Origin: an uncultured delta proteobacterium
GTDB taxonomy: Bacteria; Desulfobacterota; Binatia; UBA9968
DNA length: 64,000 nucleotides
Reading direction: 5' to 3'
Assembly: GCA_963847445.1 (NCBI GenBank)
Contig: CAWJZV010000034.1
Span: 353,393-417,392, forward strand
Below, piece by piece: positions 11,811-23,056 of the stretch (position 1 is its first letter; every line of letters begins with the position of its first letter). The notes beneath the pieces were generated by a model. That model did no database searches and was not told where the DNA came from. It worked only from the letters and a program-made list of their open reading frames with translations. The position numbers were made by a program, and so were the translations under genes.

Positions 11811-13494
11811 ATGCGAAGTCATCTTAGGGCACTTCTAGCTCAAGCTATCGAGAAGATGGCAAAGGACGGAGAGCTGAATATCACAGAACTCCCTCCGCTA
11901 CATCTTGAGCCGCCGAAGCAGCGCGAGTTCGGCGACCTGTCGTCGAACATCGCCATGCTGTGGGCTAAGAGCGCCAAAAAAAAACCGCGGGCCATCGCCG
12001 AAGCGATCCTAAAAAATATCGATGATCCTGACGGCTTGCTGGCGCGTCAAGAGATCGCCGGACCGGGATTTTTGAACTTCGCGTTCACGCCGAAGTTTTA
12101 CTTTGCCCGGCTGCGCGAGATCGCCGCGGGCCAGCATGACAAGATCGATATCGGCCAAGGGCGCAAAGTGCAGGTGGAGTTCGCCAGCGTCAATCCGACC
12201 GGGCCACTCCATGTCGGTCATGGCCGGGTGGCGGTGATTGGCGATGTCCTGGCGCGCTTGCACGAAGCCACCGGTTTCTCCGTCGAGCGCGAGTATTACG
12301 TCAACGACGCCGGCAATCAGATGGAGAACCTTGGCTTGTCGCTCTATGCGCGCTACCTTGAACAGTTAGGCCAGCCGGCGGAGTTTCCCGAGGGCGGGGT
12401 ATCCCGGCGACTATGTCAATGAACTCGCCGCCGAGGTGAAAGCCCGCGACGGCGATAAATATCTCCGTGCGGACAAGGCCAGCGCGGTGGCGTTCTTTCG
12501 GCAATTTGGCGGCGATTCATTATTGAACACCATCCGCGGCCAGCTGGGCGAGTTTAGCATTCGTTTCGACTCCTACTTCAGCGAGAAGGCGATGCGTGAG
12601 CGTGACGAAGTGACGCAGTCGATGGCGCGCCTGCGCGAGCTCGGTTTGCTCTACTCTCACGACGGCGCCGAGTGGTTTCGCTCGACCCAATTCGGCGACG
12701 ATAAAGATCGTACGGTGATCAAGAGCGACGGCGAGCTGACTTATTTTGCCGCCGACATCGCCTATCATCGCAACAAATTTGAGCGTAAGTTTGCCAAACT
12801 GATCAACGTCTGGGGCGCCGATCATCATGGCTATGTGCCGCGCTTGAAGGCGGCGATGCAGGGCCTGGGGTACGACGCCGATGCGTTGCAGGTGGTGCTG
12901 GTCCAGATGGTCCAGCTCACCCGTGGCGGCGAACCGGTGCGCATGGGTAAACGCACCGGCGAATTCGTTGCCCTCGAAGACGTGCTCCAAGAAGTCGGGC
13001 GCGACGCGGCGCGGTTTTTCTTCCTCATGCGCAAGTCGGACAGCCATCTCGACTTCGATCTGGAGTTGGCGAAGAAACAATCGAGCGAGAATCCAGTATT
13101 CTACGTTCAGTACGCCCACGCGCGGGTGGCGAGTATTTTCGCGCAAGCTGCCAAAAACGGTGTTGCCCTGGGCGCGTTTGAGTCGGTGCCGGTGGAGCGT
13201 TTGGAGTTGGCGGAAGAGCTGGAGTTGATCCGTCAGATGATTCAGTTCAACGACGTGTTGGAGGAGTCGGTGCGCGAACTCGAACCACACCGTATGGTAT
13301 TCTATTTACTAGAGTTTGCCGGCGAGTTTCATCGTTACTACAACCGCAACCGCGTGGTATCCGACGATATCGACTTGAGCCGGGCGCGTTTGCTGCTTTT
13401 GGCGAATATTCAAAAGACGATTCGCCGGGGGTTGGAGATTCTCGGTGTCGATGCACCGATGAAAATGGCCGCAAGGATGGAAACCGAAGTTTGA
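11811..13494 (+). CDS. argS: Arginine--tRNA ligase; frameshift at ~12400 (G-run)
   Basis: HIGH-like motif EFASVNPTGPLHVGHGR, WGADHHGY, MGKRTG and NPVFYVQYAHAR. Confidence 0.97.
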
Positions 13495-13525
13495 CCAGTC
13501 CGCGAAGGGCGAGAGGTTAATCGAA

Positions 13526-14212
13526 ATGGCGGAGAACCGTAGAGGCAAAGACAGCCGTTACTATCTTAGCCGCGGCCAGATGATCATCCTGGGCGGTACA
13601 TTTACCTTGGCATCCATCGTCGTATTTCTCATCGGCATGATGGTCGGCAAAGAACTCGAAGAGCGAAAGATTCTCAAAAAGGACGAGCCTCTGGTAAGGA
13701 TACCGGTTAAGCCGGCCGGGGCAGCCGCTGGCACGGCAGCGAAGAACGATGAAATTACTTTCTATGATACCCTAGCCAAGTCCCGCAATGCCCAGGCGCA
13801 GGCCGAGCAGCCCGTCAAGGACGCGAAGTCGTCGGAGAAAATCGACCGCGCCGAAGTGACGGAGACCAAGGCTGTCGCTAAACCGGACACGCAGTTGGCT
13901 AAATCGACGGAAAGTAAAGCTGACAAACTCGAACCGGCGACTGACGGCGCCAAGAGCGAGAGCATCGATACTGAGGGTAAAGTGTGGCGCGCGCAAGTCG
14001 ACGCATTTCCCGACGAGCGGTCGGCCAAACTGTTGGTTGATCGACTAAAAAATAAAGGCTACAACGCCTATGTCAACGAGGTCGAGTTCCGCGGCAAACC
14101 CTGGTTTCGGGTCAGCGTCGGCAAGTACGGCTCGCGTGGGGAAGCCGACAAAATCGTCGGCGCGCTCAAGGACAAAGAAAACTATGCGAAAGCGTTCGCG
14201 GCATCCAGGTAA
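13526..14212 (+). CDS. SPOR-domain cell division protein (FtsN/DedD-like)
   Basis: One N-terminal TM helix, ITFYDTL, and a C-terminal SPOR domain (WRAQVDAF...GYNAY...WFRVSVG); argS-SPOR synteny. Confidence 0.85.
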   Translation: MAENRRGKDSRYYLSRGQMIILGGTFTLASIVVFLIGMMVGKELEERKILKKDEPLVRIPVKPAGAAAGTAAKNDEITFYDTLAKSRNAQAQAEQPVKDAKSSEKIDRAEVTETKAVAKPDTQLAKSTESKADKLEPATDGAKSESIDTEGKVWRAQVDAFPDERSAKLLVDRLKNKGYNAYVNEVEFRGKPWFRVSVGKYGSRGEADKIVGALKDKENYAKAFAASR

Positions 14213-14230
14213 GCCGGGTGACGATAGGCC

Positions 14231-15247
14231 ATGAACATACGCGAAGCCATCGATAAATTAGTCAACCGCATCGACTTGACGGAGATACAAACCGTCGATG
14301 TCATGAACCAGATCATGACCGGCGAAGCGACGCCGCTACAGGTGGCGTCCTTTCTGACCGCCCTGCGCATGAAAGGCGAAACCGTCGACGAGATCACCGG
14401 CGCGGCCAGGGTGATGCGCGAGAAAGCGCACCGGGTCAACGTCGGTGCTAAGACGGTGCTCGATACCTGCGGCACCGGCGGCGATCAAAAGGGGACTTTC
14501 AATATTTCGACGACCGCAGCTTTCGTGGTCGCCGGCGCCGGCGTCACTGTCGCCAAGCATGGCAATCGTTCGGTGTCGAGCCAGTCGGGCAGCGCCGATG
14601 TCTTGGGGACGTTGGGAGTCAAGGTCGATGCGCCGAGAGAGCGGGTCGAGCAGTGCATCGCCCAGATCGGTATCGGTTTCCTGTTTGCGCCACTGCTCCA
14701 TGAAGCGATGAAGTACGCCGTGCAGCCGCGCCGCGACATCGGCATTCGCACCATCTTTAATTTACTCGGGCCGCTGACCAACCCGGCCATGGCGACCCAC
14801 CAGCTGATCGGCATCTACAGCGGCGAGTTGGTTGGCCTGGTCGCCAACGTGCTGAAAAATCTCGGCAGCGCACGGGCGATGGTCGTACATGGTCTCGAAG
14901 GCTTGGATGAAATTTCTTTGTGCGGGCCGACCAAAATCGCCGAGCTGCGCGATGGGGCGGTGAAAGAGTTCCAAATCGAGCCCGAGCAGTTCGGTCTCAA
15001 ACGTTGCCTGCTCGCCGACCTTCATGGCGGCACCGCTGAGGAGAGCGCGGTGATCGTTCACGCCGTGCTCGACGGCAATCCCGGCGCGCCGCGCGATGTC
15101 GTGCTCTTCAACAGCGGGGCGGCGCTTTACGTCAGCGGCAGCGCCGCGACTCTGGCGGATGGTATCAAACTCGCTGCGGAATCTATCGATAGCGGTAAGG
15201 CAGGCCAAAAGCTCCAACAACTGGTCGAGTTGACCAACGCCGCATAG
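14231..15247 (+). CDS. trpD: Anthranilate phosphoribosyltransferase
   Basis: DTCGTGGD, KHGNRSVSS and RTIFNLLGPLTNP. Confidence 0.98.
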   Translation: MNIREAIDKLVNRIDLTEIQTVDVMNQIMTGEATPLQVASFLTALRMKGETVDEITGAARVMREKAHRVNVGAKTVLDTCGTGGDQKGTFNISTTAAFVVAGAGVTVAKHGNRSVSSQSGSADVLGTLGVKVDAPRERVEQCIAQIGIGFLFAPLLHEAMKYAVQPRRDIGIRTIFNLLGPLTNPAMATHQLIGIYSGELVGLVANVLKNLGSARAMVVHGLEGLDEISLCGPTKIAELRDGAVKEFQIEPEQFGLKRCLLADLHGGTAEESAVIVHAVLDGNPGAPRDVVLFNSGAALYVSGSAATLADGIKLAAESIDSGKAGQKLQQLVELTNAA

Positions 15248-15254
15248 TTAAGTC

Positions 15255-16031
15255 ATGGCTGAAATTCTGGCCACCATCGCCGCCCATGTGCGTGAAGTCG
15301 TTGCAATGCGCCAGCGCGCACTGCCATTGGCGGCGCTGCGCGATCGATCGCTTTACCATGCGCCGACGCGCGGCTTCGCCAAGGCGCTCAACGGTAACCA
15401 GCGGCGCATTGTTGCCGAGGTCAAGAAAGCCTCACCGTCCAAGGGCCTAATTCGCGCCAATTTCGATGCGGTTGCGATTGCCAAGGATTATGCGAGCCAT
15501 GGCGCCAGTGCGATTTCGGTGTTGACCGAGGAGCGCTTTTTTCAGGGCGACCTGGCTTATCTCGAACAGATTCACGCCAGCGTGGCGGTGCCGCTGTTGC
15601 GCAAGGATTTCATGCTCGATCCCTATCAAATCGTCGAAGCGAAGAGCTTCGGCGCCGATGCGGTGCTGTTCATCGCGGCCATGCTTGACGGCCATTTCAT
15701 GGCCGAGCTGCGTCAACAAGCCAGCGCATTGCAGATGGATTCTCTGGTGGAAGTGCATAGTGAAAACGAGCTGGAAGCGGCCTTAAACGCCGGCGCGCAG
15801 TTGATCGGCATCAACAATCGCGATCTCAAGACTTTCGCCGTAAGCTTGGCGACGACAGAAAAATTGGCGCCGCTAGTGCCGGCGGGAACGCCGGTGGTAT
15901 GCGAAAGCGGCATTGACAGCATCGAGCAGATCCGCCGGGTCGAAAAACTCGGCATCCACGCGTTCCTGATCGGCGAGTCGCTGATGCGCGCGCCCGCGCC
16001 GGGGGAAAAATTGAGGGAACTCTTAACATGA
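15255..16031 (+). CDS. trpC: Indole-3-glycerol phosphate synthase
   Basis: AEVKKASPSKG, PLLRKDF and GINNRDL. Confidence 0.98.
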   Translation: MAEILATIAAHVREVVAMRQRALPLAALRDRSLYHAPTRGFAKALNGNQRRIVAEVKKASPSKGLIRANFDAVAIAKDYASHGASAISVLTEERFFQGDLAYLEQIHASVAVPLLRKDFMLDPYQIVEAKSFGADAVLFIAAMLDGHFMAELRQQASALQMDSLVEVHSENELEAALNAGAQLIGINNRDLKTFAVSLATTEKLAPLVPAGTPVVCESGIDSIEQIRRVEKLGIHAFLIGESLMRAPAPGEKLRELLT

Positions 16032-16073
16032 CTCGTGTTATGCCTAAGCACGATTCTCGAGCATGAGCACGAC

Positions 16074-16700
16074 ATGGTCACGATCAAAGTTTGCGGCATT
16101 ACCAATCTCGCCGACGCCGAGAAGTCGCTGGAGTTTGGCGCGGATATTCTAGGCTTTAATTTTTATCCGCCGAGCCCGCGCTGCATCGCGCCGGCAAAGG
16201 CCCGGGAAATCATCGCGTGCTTGCCGCGCGATTCGTTCAATGTGGCGCTGTTTGTCAACGAGCCGAAAGCGCGGGTCAACGCAGTGTTGGCCGCAGGACG
16301 ATTGCCGGATGGACGGCAAGCGTATCGTGGCTTGCAATTTCACGGCGAGGAGGATGGCGCTTACTGTCAAGACTGGGTGTTCAAAGTGATCAAAGCCTTT
16401 CGCATCAAAGAGCAAGCTTCGCTCGTCGCCTTGAAAGGATTCCCGGCGGATTACTATTTGCTCGATTCCTTTTCCGCGGGGTTCGGCGGTTCGGGTCAGA
16501 TGTTCCCATGGGAATGGTTGGGTGGCATCGACAGCAGTAAGATTATTCTTTCGGGCGGGCTGCGAGCCGACAATGTCGCCCTGGCGATCGCCAAGATTCA
16601 CCCGTTTGGAGTCGATGTGTGCAGTGGCGTGGAGGCGCGCCCAGGGATTAAAGATCATGGCAAACTCAAAGAATTTATCGTTGCTGCCAAAGGTGCCTGA
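16074..16700 (+). CDS. trpF: Phosphoribosylanthranilate isomerase
   Basis: IKVCGIT, QFHGEE, GGSG and GVDVCSGVE. Confidence 0.96.
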   Translation: MVTIKVCGITNLADAEKSLEFGADILGFNFYPPSPRCIAPAKAREIIACLPRDSFNVALFVNEPKARVNAVLAAGRLPDGRQAYRGLQFHGEEDGAYCQDWVFKVIKAFRIKEQASLVALKGFPADYYLLDSFSAGFGGSGQMFPWEWLGGIDSSKIILSGGLRADNVALAIAKIHPFGVDVCSGVEARPGIKDHGKLKEFIVAAKGA

Positions 16701-17877
16701 CCGGCGCGGCCATTTCGGTCCCTACGGCGGCCGTTACGTCGCTGAAACCCTCATGCCCGCTTTGACCGAGCTCGAGCGCGGTTACGCGCAGGTGCGGCGT
16801 GACGCCGGCTTCAAGCGCGAGCTCGCGTATTATCTCAAAGAATATGTCGGCCGGGAAACGCCGCTCTATTTCGCCGAAAGATTGACCCGCAGCCTGGGCG
16901 GCGCGACGGTCTATCTCAAGCGCGAGGATCTGTGCCACACCGGCGCGCATAAGATCAACAACACCATGGGGCAAATTCTCTTGGCCCGGCACATGGGCAA
17001 GCGGCGCATTATTGCTGAGACCGGCGCCGGCCAGCATGGCGTGGCCACTGCCACCGTGGCGGCGCGCTTCGGCATGGAGTGCGAGATCTTCATGGGCGCG
17101 GAAGATGTCCAGCGCCAGTCGCTCAACGTCTTTCGTATGAAACTGCTGGGCGCCAAAGTGCGCGTGGTCGAATCCGGCAGTCAAACCCTAAAGGACGCCA
17201 TGAACGAAGCGCTGCGCGACTGGGTGACCAACGTGCGCAGCACCTATTATCTCATTGGCTCGGTGGCCGGGCCGCATCCCTATCCGATGATGGTGCGGGA
17301 TTTCCAATCGATCATCGGCCGCGAGGCGCGCCGGCAGATTCTCGGCAAAGAAGGCCGGTTGCCGGATTATCTGGTTGCCTGTGTCGGCGGCGGCAGCAAT
17401 TCCATGGGGCTATTTTTCCCCTTTGTCAAAGACCGGGCAGTAAAGATGCTCGGCGTCGAAGCTGCCGGCCTTGGGCTAGGTTCCGGTAAACACTCGGCGA
17501 CCATCCAACGCGGTGCCGTGGGGGTTTTGCACGGCAGCAAGAGTTATCTCTTGCAAGACGACAAGGGCCAGGTGAAGGAAACCCACTCGGTGGCGGCGGG
17601 CTTGGATTATCCTGGCGTCGGCCCTGAGTTGAGTTATCTGCGCGACCAGGGACGGGTGCAGTTCGATTCGGCGACCGACGACGAGGCGATCGCCTCGATC
17701 CGTTTACTCGCCGAAGTCGAAGGGATCATTCCCGCCCTGGAAAGCGCCCATGCGATCGCGGTGGTGCGCCGTTTGGCGCCGAAACTCAAGAAGCGCCAAA
17801 TCGTCATCGTCAATCTGTCCGGCCGCGGCGATAAAGATATGATCACCGTCGGCGACTATCTCGGAGTGAAATTATAA
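16657..17877 (+). CDS. trpB: Tryptophan synthase beta chain
   Basis: [24 protein letters not shown] and NLSGRGDKD. Confidence 0.99.
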   Translation: MANSKNLSLLPKVPDRRGHFGPYGGRYVAETLMPALTELERGYAQVRRDAGFKRELAYYLKEYVGRETPLYFAERLTRSLGGATVYLKREDLCHTGAHKINNTMGQILLARHMGKRRIIAETGAGQHGVATATVAARFGMECEIFMGAEDVQRQSLNVFRMKLLGAKVRVVESGSQTLKDAMNEALRDWVTNVRSTYYLIGSVAGPHPYPMMVRDFQSIIGREARRQILGKEGRLPDYLVACVGGGSNSMGLFFPFVKDRAVKMLGVEAAGLGLGSGKHSATIQRGAVGVLHGSKSYLLQDDKGQVKETHSVAAGLDYPGVGPELSYLRDQGRVQFDSATDDEAIASIRLLAEVEGIIPALESAHAIAVVRRLAPKLKKRQIVIVNLSGRGDKDMITVGDYLGVKL

Positions 17878-17880
17878 GAA

Positions 17881-17952
17881 TCGTTAAACGGTTCAAGCGT
17901 TCAGCCGTTCAACGACCGATCCCATCCGCCGCAACCGTGAACCGTTGAACGA
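17881..17952. repeat. Intergenic palindromic element built from ~8-nt CGTTCAAN units
   Basis: TCGTTAAACGGTTCA (17881-17895) is the reverse complement, with one mismatch, of TGAACCGTTGAACGA (17938-17952); tandem cgttca-like units lie inside. Confidence 0.65.
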
Positions 17953-17969
17953 GTGGTGCGAATTGATTT

Positions 17970-18782
17970 ATGAGCCGTATTGAAAATAAGTTTTTTGCGA
18001 TGAAGCAACGCGGTGAAGCGGCGCTGATTCCATTTATCACCGCCGGTGACCCTGACTTGGCGACCACGCTCAAGATCATGCGTGCCTTGGAAGCGGCTGG
18101 CGCGGATGCCATCGAGTTGGGCATCCCGTTTTCCGATCCGTCGGCGGATGGCCCGACGATTCAGCGTTCGTCGGAGCGGGCATTGAAGCACCCGATCTCC
18201 TTGCCGGCGATATTCCGCTTGGTACGCGAGTTTCGCCGTACTTCCGAACTGCCAATTATTCTCTTTGGTTACTACAATCCGTTTTTCCGTTTCGGCCTCG
18301 ACAAGTTTGCCACGCAAGCGGCACAATCCGGCGCCGACGGCGTACTCTGCGTCGACCTGCCGCCGGAGGAGAGCGGCGAGCTTAAAAGCTGCACCGACCG
18401 CCGCGATCTCGACGTCATCTTTCTCTTGTCGCCCACTAGCGGTGAAGACCGCCGGCGCTTGGTGGCACGCCACGGGCGCGGCTTTATCTATTATGTTTCG
18501 GTGACCGGCGTTACCGGTGCGCGGCAAGCTTTCGATAGCGATCTGCGCCGCCAGGTTGCTCAGGTGCGCAAGGCGACGGCATTGCCGGTGGGCGTCGGCT
18601 TCGGCATTTCGACGCCGCGGCAAGCGGCCTGGATCGCCGAGTTCGCTGATGCTGCCGTGGTCGGCAGCGCCCTGGTGCAACGCATCGAGCAAGGCAAAAG
18701 CAAAGCGGACAAGGTGCAGCAAGCCGGGGCTTTCGTCGCCCAGCTCAAACGGGCGATAAAACTAGCCCGCAAGAAAAATTGA
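17970..18782 (+). CDS. trpA: Tryptophan synthase alpha chain
   Basis: IELGIPFSDPSADGPTIQ, YYVSVTGVTG and VGFGIS. Confidence 0.99.
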   Translation: MSRIENKFFAMKQRGEAALIPFITAGDPDLATTLKIMRALEAAGADAIELGIPFSDPSADGPTIQRSSERALKHPISLPAIFRLVREFRRTSELPIILFGYYNPFFRFGLDKFATQAAQSGADGVLCVDLPPEESGELKSCTDRRDLDVIFLLSPTSGEDRRRLVARHGRGFIYYVSVTGVTGARQAFDSDLRRQVAQVRKATALPVGVGFGISTPRQAAWIAEFADAAVVGSALVQRIEQGKSKADKVQQAGAFVAQLKRAIKLARKKN

Positions 18783-18839
18783 CCCAGACTGAACGAAGGC
18801 GCGGAATCTGCCGAGGATTGCCGAGGACCGCTAAGCTCA

Positions 18840-20129
18840 ATGGCTAGCTATGCTGAAACTCTTGAACGGATTTATAATCTGCACGGCGGGGCCATCGATC
18901 TGCGCCTCGATAGAGTTGCCGGCGCGCTAAAACTATTTGACCACCCGGAACGAAAATTCCCTTCGCTTCATATCGCCGGAACCAACGGCAAGGGCTCTAC
19001 CTCGGCGATACTCCAGCGGATTCTATCACTCGCTGGCAACCGTACCGCTTTATATACTTCGCCCCACCTGGTGTCGTTTACCGAGCGCATCAAGATTGAC
19101 GACCAGGAAATCGCCGAAGCTGAAGTCGTTGCCATCGCCGAAGAGATCTGGCGGCGGACGGCGGCAGCCGACATCGCGCTGACCTATTTCGAGGTGGTCA
19201 CGGTGATGGCGTTTATCTACTTCGACCGCCATTCCACCGATGTGGCGGTTATTGAAGTCGGCTTGGGCGGCCGTTTCGATGCGACCAATGTGATCACGCC
19301 GTTAGTCGCACTGATCACGACGATTTCGAAGGATCATGAAGCGTTTTTGGGCACCGATCTATTGTCCATTGCCAGTGAGAAAGCCGGCATCATCAAGGCG
19401 GGTGTGCCGGTGGTCTGCGGTGCGGTCAATGCGGCGGTGCATGAGCTGTTTCACCAGACTGCCGCGGAACGGGGTGCAAAAGCCTATTTCTTTGGTGAAG
19501 ATTTCAATTTTTCCTTGAAAAATGAAGGGTTTTTCGACTATACAGGATTAAAACAATATTATTACAATTTATCGCTTAGTCTGCGGGGATTGCACCAAAG
19601 GCATAATGCTGCGGTGGCATTGGCGGCATTGGAGATTGTTCAGGATCGCTTCCCGGTAACCGAAGCGGCGGTCCGCGCCGGTTTGGCGACTGTCCAATGG
19701 CCGGGACGATTGGAAGTCATGTTGGAGCGGCCGACGGTGATCATCGACGGTGCCCACAACGGCGAGGGCGTGCTGGCCCTAGTGCACGAGCTCAAGGTTT
19801 ATCGCGGGCGCAAGATCAAGCTCTTGTTCGCCGTTATGTCGGATAAAGATTGGCGGTTTATGCTGGCGCGCTTGATCGAGGTAGTTTCGCAAGTGACCTT
19901 CACCAAAGTTGCCATGGAGCGTAGTGTCGACCCGGTCGAGTTGGCGCAACACTTTGCCGGCCAGGTGGCGAGCCGAAGTCACGCCGATGCGCGCGCGGCG
20001 TTACGAGCGCTCATCGATGAATCCGCTCCCGATGATGTGATCGTGGTCGCCGGTTCGCTTTATCTTCTCGGTGAAATTCGGCCGACGTTGCAAGAAATCG
20101 CCGCGGCGCGGCCCAAGCTGGCAAGCTGA
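18840..20129 (+). CDS. folC: Folylpolyglutamate/dihydrofolate synthase
   Basis: HIAGTNGKGS, YTSPHL, EVGLGGRFDATN and DGAHN. Confidence 0.97.
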   Translation: MASYAETLERIYNLHGGAIDLRLDRVAGALKLFDHPERKFPSLHIAGTNGKGSTSAILQRILSLAGNRTALYTSPHLVSFTERIKIDDQEIAEAEVVAIAEEIWRRTAAADIALTYFEVVTVMAFIYFDRHSTDVAVIEVGLGGRFDATNVITPLVALITTISKDHEAFLGTDLLSIASEKAGIIKAGVPVVCGAVNAAVHELFHQTAAERGAKAYFFGEDFNFSLKNEGFFDYTGLKQYYYNLSLSLRGLHQRHNAAVALAALEIVQDRFPVTEAAVRAGLATVQWPGRLEVMLERPTVIIDGAHNGEGVLALVHELKVYRGRKIKLLFAVMSDKDWRFMLARLIEVVSQVTFTKVAMERSVDPVELAQHFAGQVASRSHADARAALRALIDESAPDDVIVVAGSLYLLGEIRPTLQEIAAARPKLAS

Positions 20130-20154
20130 TGCGCGGTAGCAGGCAAGAAAGACC

Positions 20155-22520
20155 ATGACCTTACGACCGATCTCGTTACCGTTTGCAGCGCTCCTGGCGC
20201 TGCTATCGCTGCTCGCCAATGGCTGGGCGGCGCAGGCGCCGCAATCGGCGGCGAATAATCCCGCGGCGCCGATCAATTTGCAGGCTGACAAGTTGTCGTC
20301 GAGTGACAGTGGCAACCTGATCGAGGCGACTGGCAACGTCGAGATCAAACGGGAAGAAACCACGCTCAAGGCCAACGAGTTGCGCATGAACCGGTCGACC
20401 CAAGAGGTCGAGGCCAAGGGCCGGGTGACGCTGGACGGTCCGGAATGGAAAATCAAATCAGCTGAAATGCTACGCATGAACATAGAGAAGGAAACCGGTG
20501 AGCTCCACAACGCCGACCTTTTCCTCGAGCAGGGACATATCAGCGCCTCGGGGCGCCGCTTTGAGAAGTTTGGCGGCCAGAGCTATCACATTGACGATGG
20601 TTTTTTTACCACTTGTCTATGCGAGTCGGGCACGCCGTCTTGGAAGTTCTCCGCCGAGCAGATGGATCTCACCCTTGACGGCACGGGCACAATCAAAAAT
20701 GGCTATTTCTACATCATGGATGTGCCGGTGCTGTACATTCCCTATGGATTTTTTCCACTGAATAGTGAGCGCCAGACGGGTTTCCTATTTCCCAATATTG
20801 GCAGCTCGAATAAAGACGGTTTTCTCTATCTGCAACCATTTTTCTGGGCGATCTCGAAAAACTCTGACGCCACGTTGTCGGTTGACATTGAGACGCGCAC
20901 GCGGTTTGGAGTCATCGGCGAATTTCGCACGCAGTTCGATCGCAACTCGGACTTCAAGCTTGAATCTTCCTATTTCAATGAAGGTTGGCGGCAACACCGA
21001 ACGGTGGTCGACCCAACCATCGCCGATCCGCATATTCCCAGAGACCGCTGGAACATTTTCGGCTCGCACCGTTATACCACAGCGTCCGATTGGCTAACCT
21101 ACAGCGACAGCGCGGCGTACAGCGATGATTTGTTTACGCGTGAACTGATCGGGCGCTTTGACTTGCCGCTTGGCCAGGAGGGGAATATTCGCCGCAGCCG
21201 TTACGGCGAGTCGCGCATGGGTTTGTTCAAAAACTGGGGTGATACCTTCGTCAAAGGGGAGTTCAATTTTTACCAAGACTTCATTCAGCCCGATAAGACC
21301 ACGTTTTTGCGCACGCCGCAGATTGGTTTTTGGGGCCGGCGGCTCTTCCCGGGGTTTCCGTTAGAGCTGCGCTGGTCGGCGGATGGCGTGAACTATATTC
21401 GACGCGAGCCCGGTGACGGTCTTAGATTCGATTTCCGCCCGGAAGCAGTGCTGCCGTTCAAACTCGCTTCGGTTGTAAACGGGTCGTTGAGTGTCGCGCC
21501 ACGCGAAACTCTCTATCATTTGTACAGTCCGCCGGTGAATTCCTCGGCGCACAATGTGTCACGCGAGCTGGTCGAGATTCGCGGTAATCTCAACACTGCG
21601 TTGAGCCGTGTCTTTGCGGTGGATAGCCTGGGTCTAAAGCAGGTCAAGCATGTTTTTGAACCTGAGATCAGTTATTTATTTGTCCCGGGGGTCAATCAGG
21701 ACAAGATTCCGATCATGGATAACATCGATCGTGTTAACCGCCGCAACGTATTTACCTTTGCGGTCAATAATCGCCTATGGGGGAAATCCCCCAGTCCTCT
21801 CGGGGAGCAAAACTTTGACAGCAGCACCGAATATCTTAGCCCGACGGCCACTGGCGATGTGCGGGAGATGGCGTCGTTCCGGATGGCGTTGTCCTATGAT
21901 CTCGACAGGGAGCGTAATGGCGGCGACAGTCTCTCCGATCTCGACTTTCGGTTGCGCTTTACCCCGGCGACGTTTCTCGAATTTCGTTTAGACGGTGGCG
22001 TGAACCCCGGACCGTGGCAGTTTACCCAGATCCTTGCCAGCGCGGGGATCACAGATCCGCGCCCGATTCTGCGGCGCTCGCTCGACGCCGATTTCAACCG
22101 GCCTAATTCCTTTAGCCTGAGTTATCACTTCTTACGCCACGGGCCGAACAGTTTTCTCGCCGAGGATGCCAATATCGGTGCCAATATCAACTACGATTTT
22201 TGCGTCTTGAATCTCCTCCCGTGCCGACGGCTAAGGATAACCAGCGTTGCGCATTTTTGTCTAGTAAAAATACCGTGGGCAATATCAACAACAGTCTTTT
22301 GTACCATGTCACCAACAATCTGCTGTTCAATTTCAGCAGCACTTACGATGCCCGCGATAACCGGTTCATCGGCTTTCGGGCGATCAGCAAGTTCATGTCG
22401 TTTTGCGAGTGCTGGACGGTTTCTTTCGGCGTCAAGCACGAAGTTAACCCCGAGAAAACCAGCTTCAGTGTCAACTTTAGTCTGCTCGGCTTGGGCAATC
22501 CGAAGAGTGCCGTGAAGTAG
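20155..22520 (+). CDS. lptD: LPS-assembly protein LptD; frameshift at ~22200
   Basis: Signal peptide, OstA-like N-terminus (LQADKL, ATGNVEI), FTTC, ERQTGFLFP and beta-barrel strands; the end (FSLLGLG) is in a second frame. Confidence 0.88.
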
Positions 22521-22652
22521 GCGCCACTGGCCTTTCCCCGTCGTCCCCAATTCTGCATAGCAGAGATTCTACTGAAGGCGCCTTCAGACCTATCGAAATA
22601 GGTTTAGACAATTTGTTGGCCGCTGTGGGTTAATCTGCTATCATCACGAACT

Positions 22653-23036
22653 ATGACGGATGATCGACTGACCCACCCGGATAAACTTGTCGACAAACCA
22701 TGGGGTTATGAGCTGATTTGGGCGCACACCGAGCGCTATGTCGGCAAGGTCTTGCACATCAACAAGGGCGAATCGTTGAGTTACCAATACCACAATATCA
22801 AAGATGAGACGATTCGGCTGCTCTCCGGCGTCCTCGAATTGGATATTGAAAAGGACGGCCGTCAGCACAAGCTGCGCTTGGCGGCGGGTGAGAGTTTACA
22901 CATCGTTCCGCTGATGAAGCATCGCATGATCGCCATCGAAGACTGCGATGTCTTGGAGGTCTCGACGCCCGAACTCGACGATGTCGTGCGCTTGGAAGAC
23001 CGCTATGGCAGAGCGGACACGACGGCGCGCAAATAG
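22653..23036 (+). CDS. Cupin (mannose-6-phosphate isomerase type II-like)
   Basis: KPWGYELIW, LSYQYH, HRM and EVSTPELDDVVRLEDRYGR. Confidence 0.8.
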   Translation: MTDDRLTHPDKLVDKPWGYELIWAHTERYVGKVLHINKGESLSYQYHNIKDETIRLLSGVLELDIEKDGRQHKLRLAAGESLHIVPLMKHRMIAIEDCDVLEVSTPELDDVVRLEDRYGRADTTARK

Positions 23037-23056
23037 CGCAAAAATTGGGAACCAGC

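Noticed and set aside
12390-12410. Programmed frameshift in argS (also cysNC)
   Set aside because: No slippery heptamer with a stimulatory structure; matches the window-wide indel pattern.
14231-20129. trp operon without trpEG and trpA-folC without accD
   Set aside because: Split trp operons are common; the missing genes are probably elsewhere.
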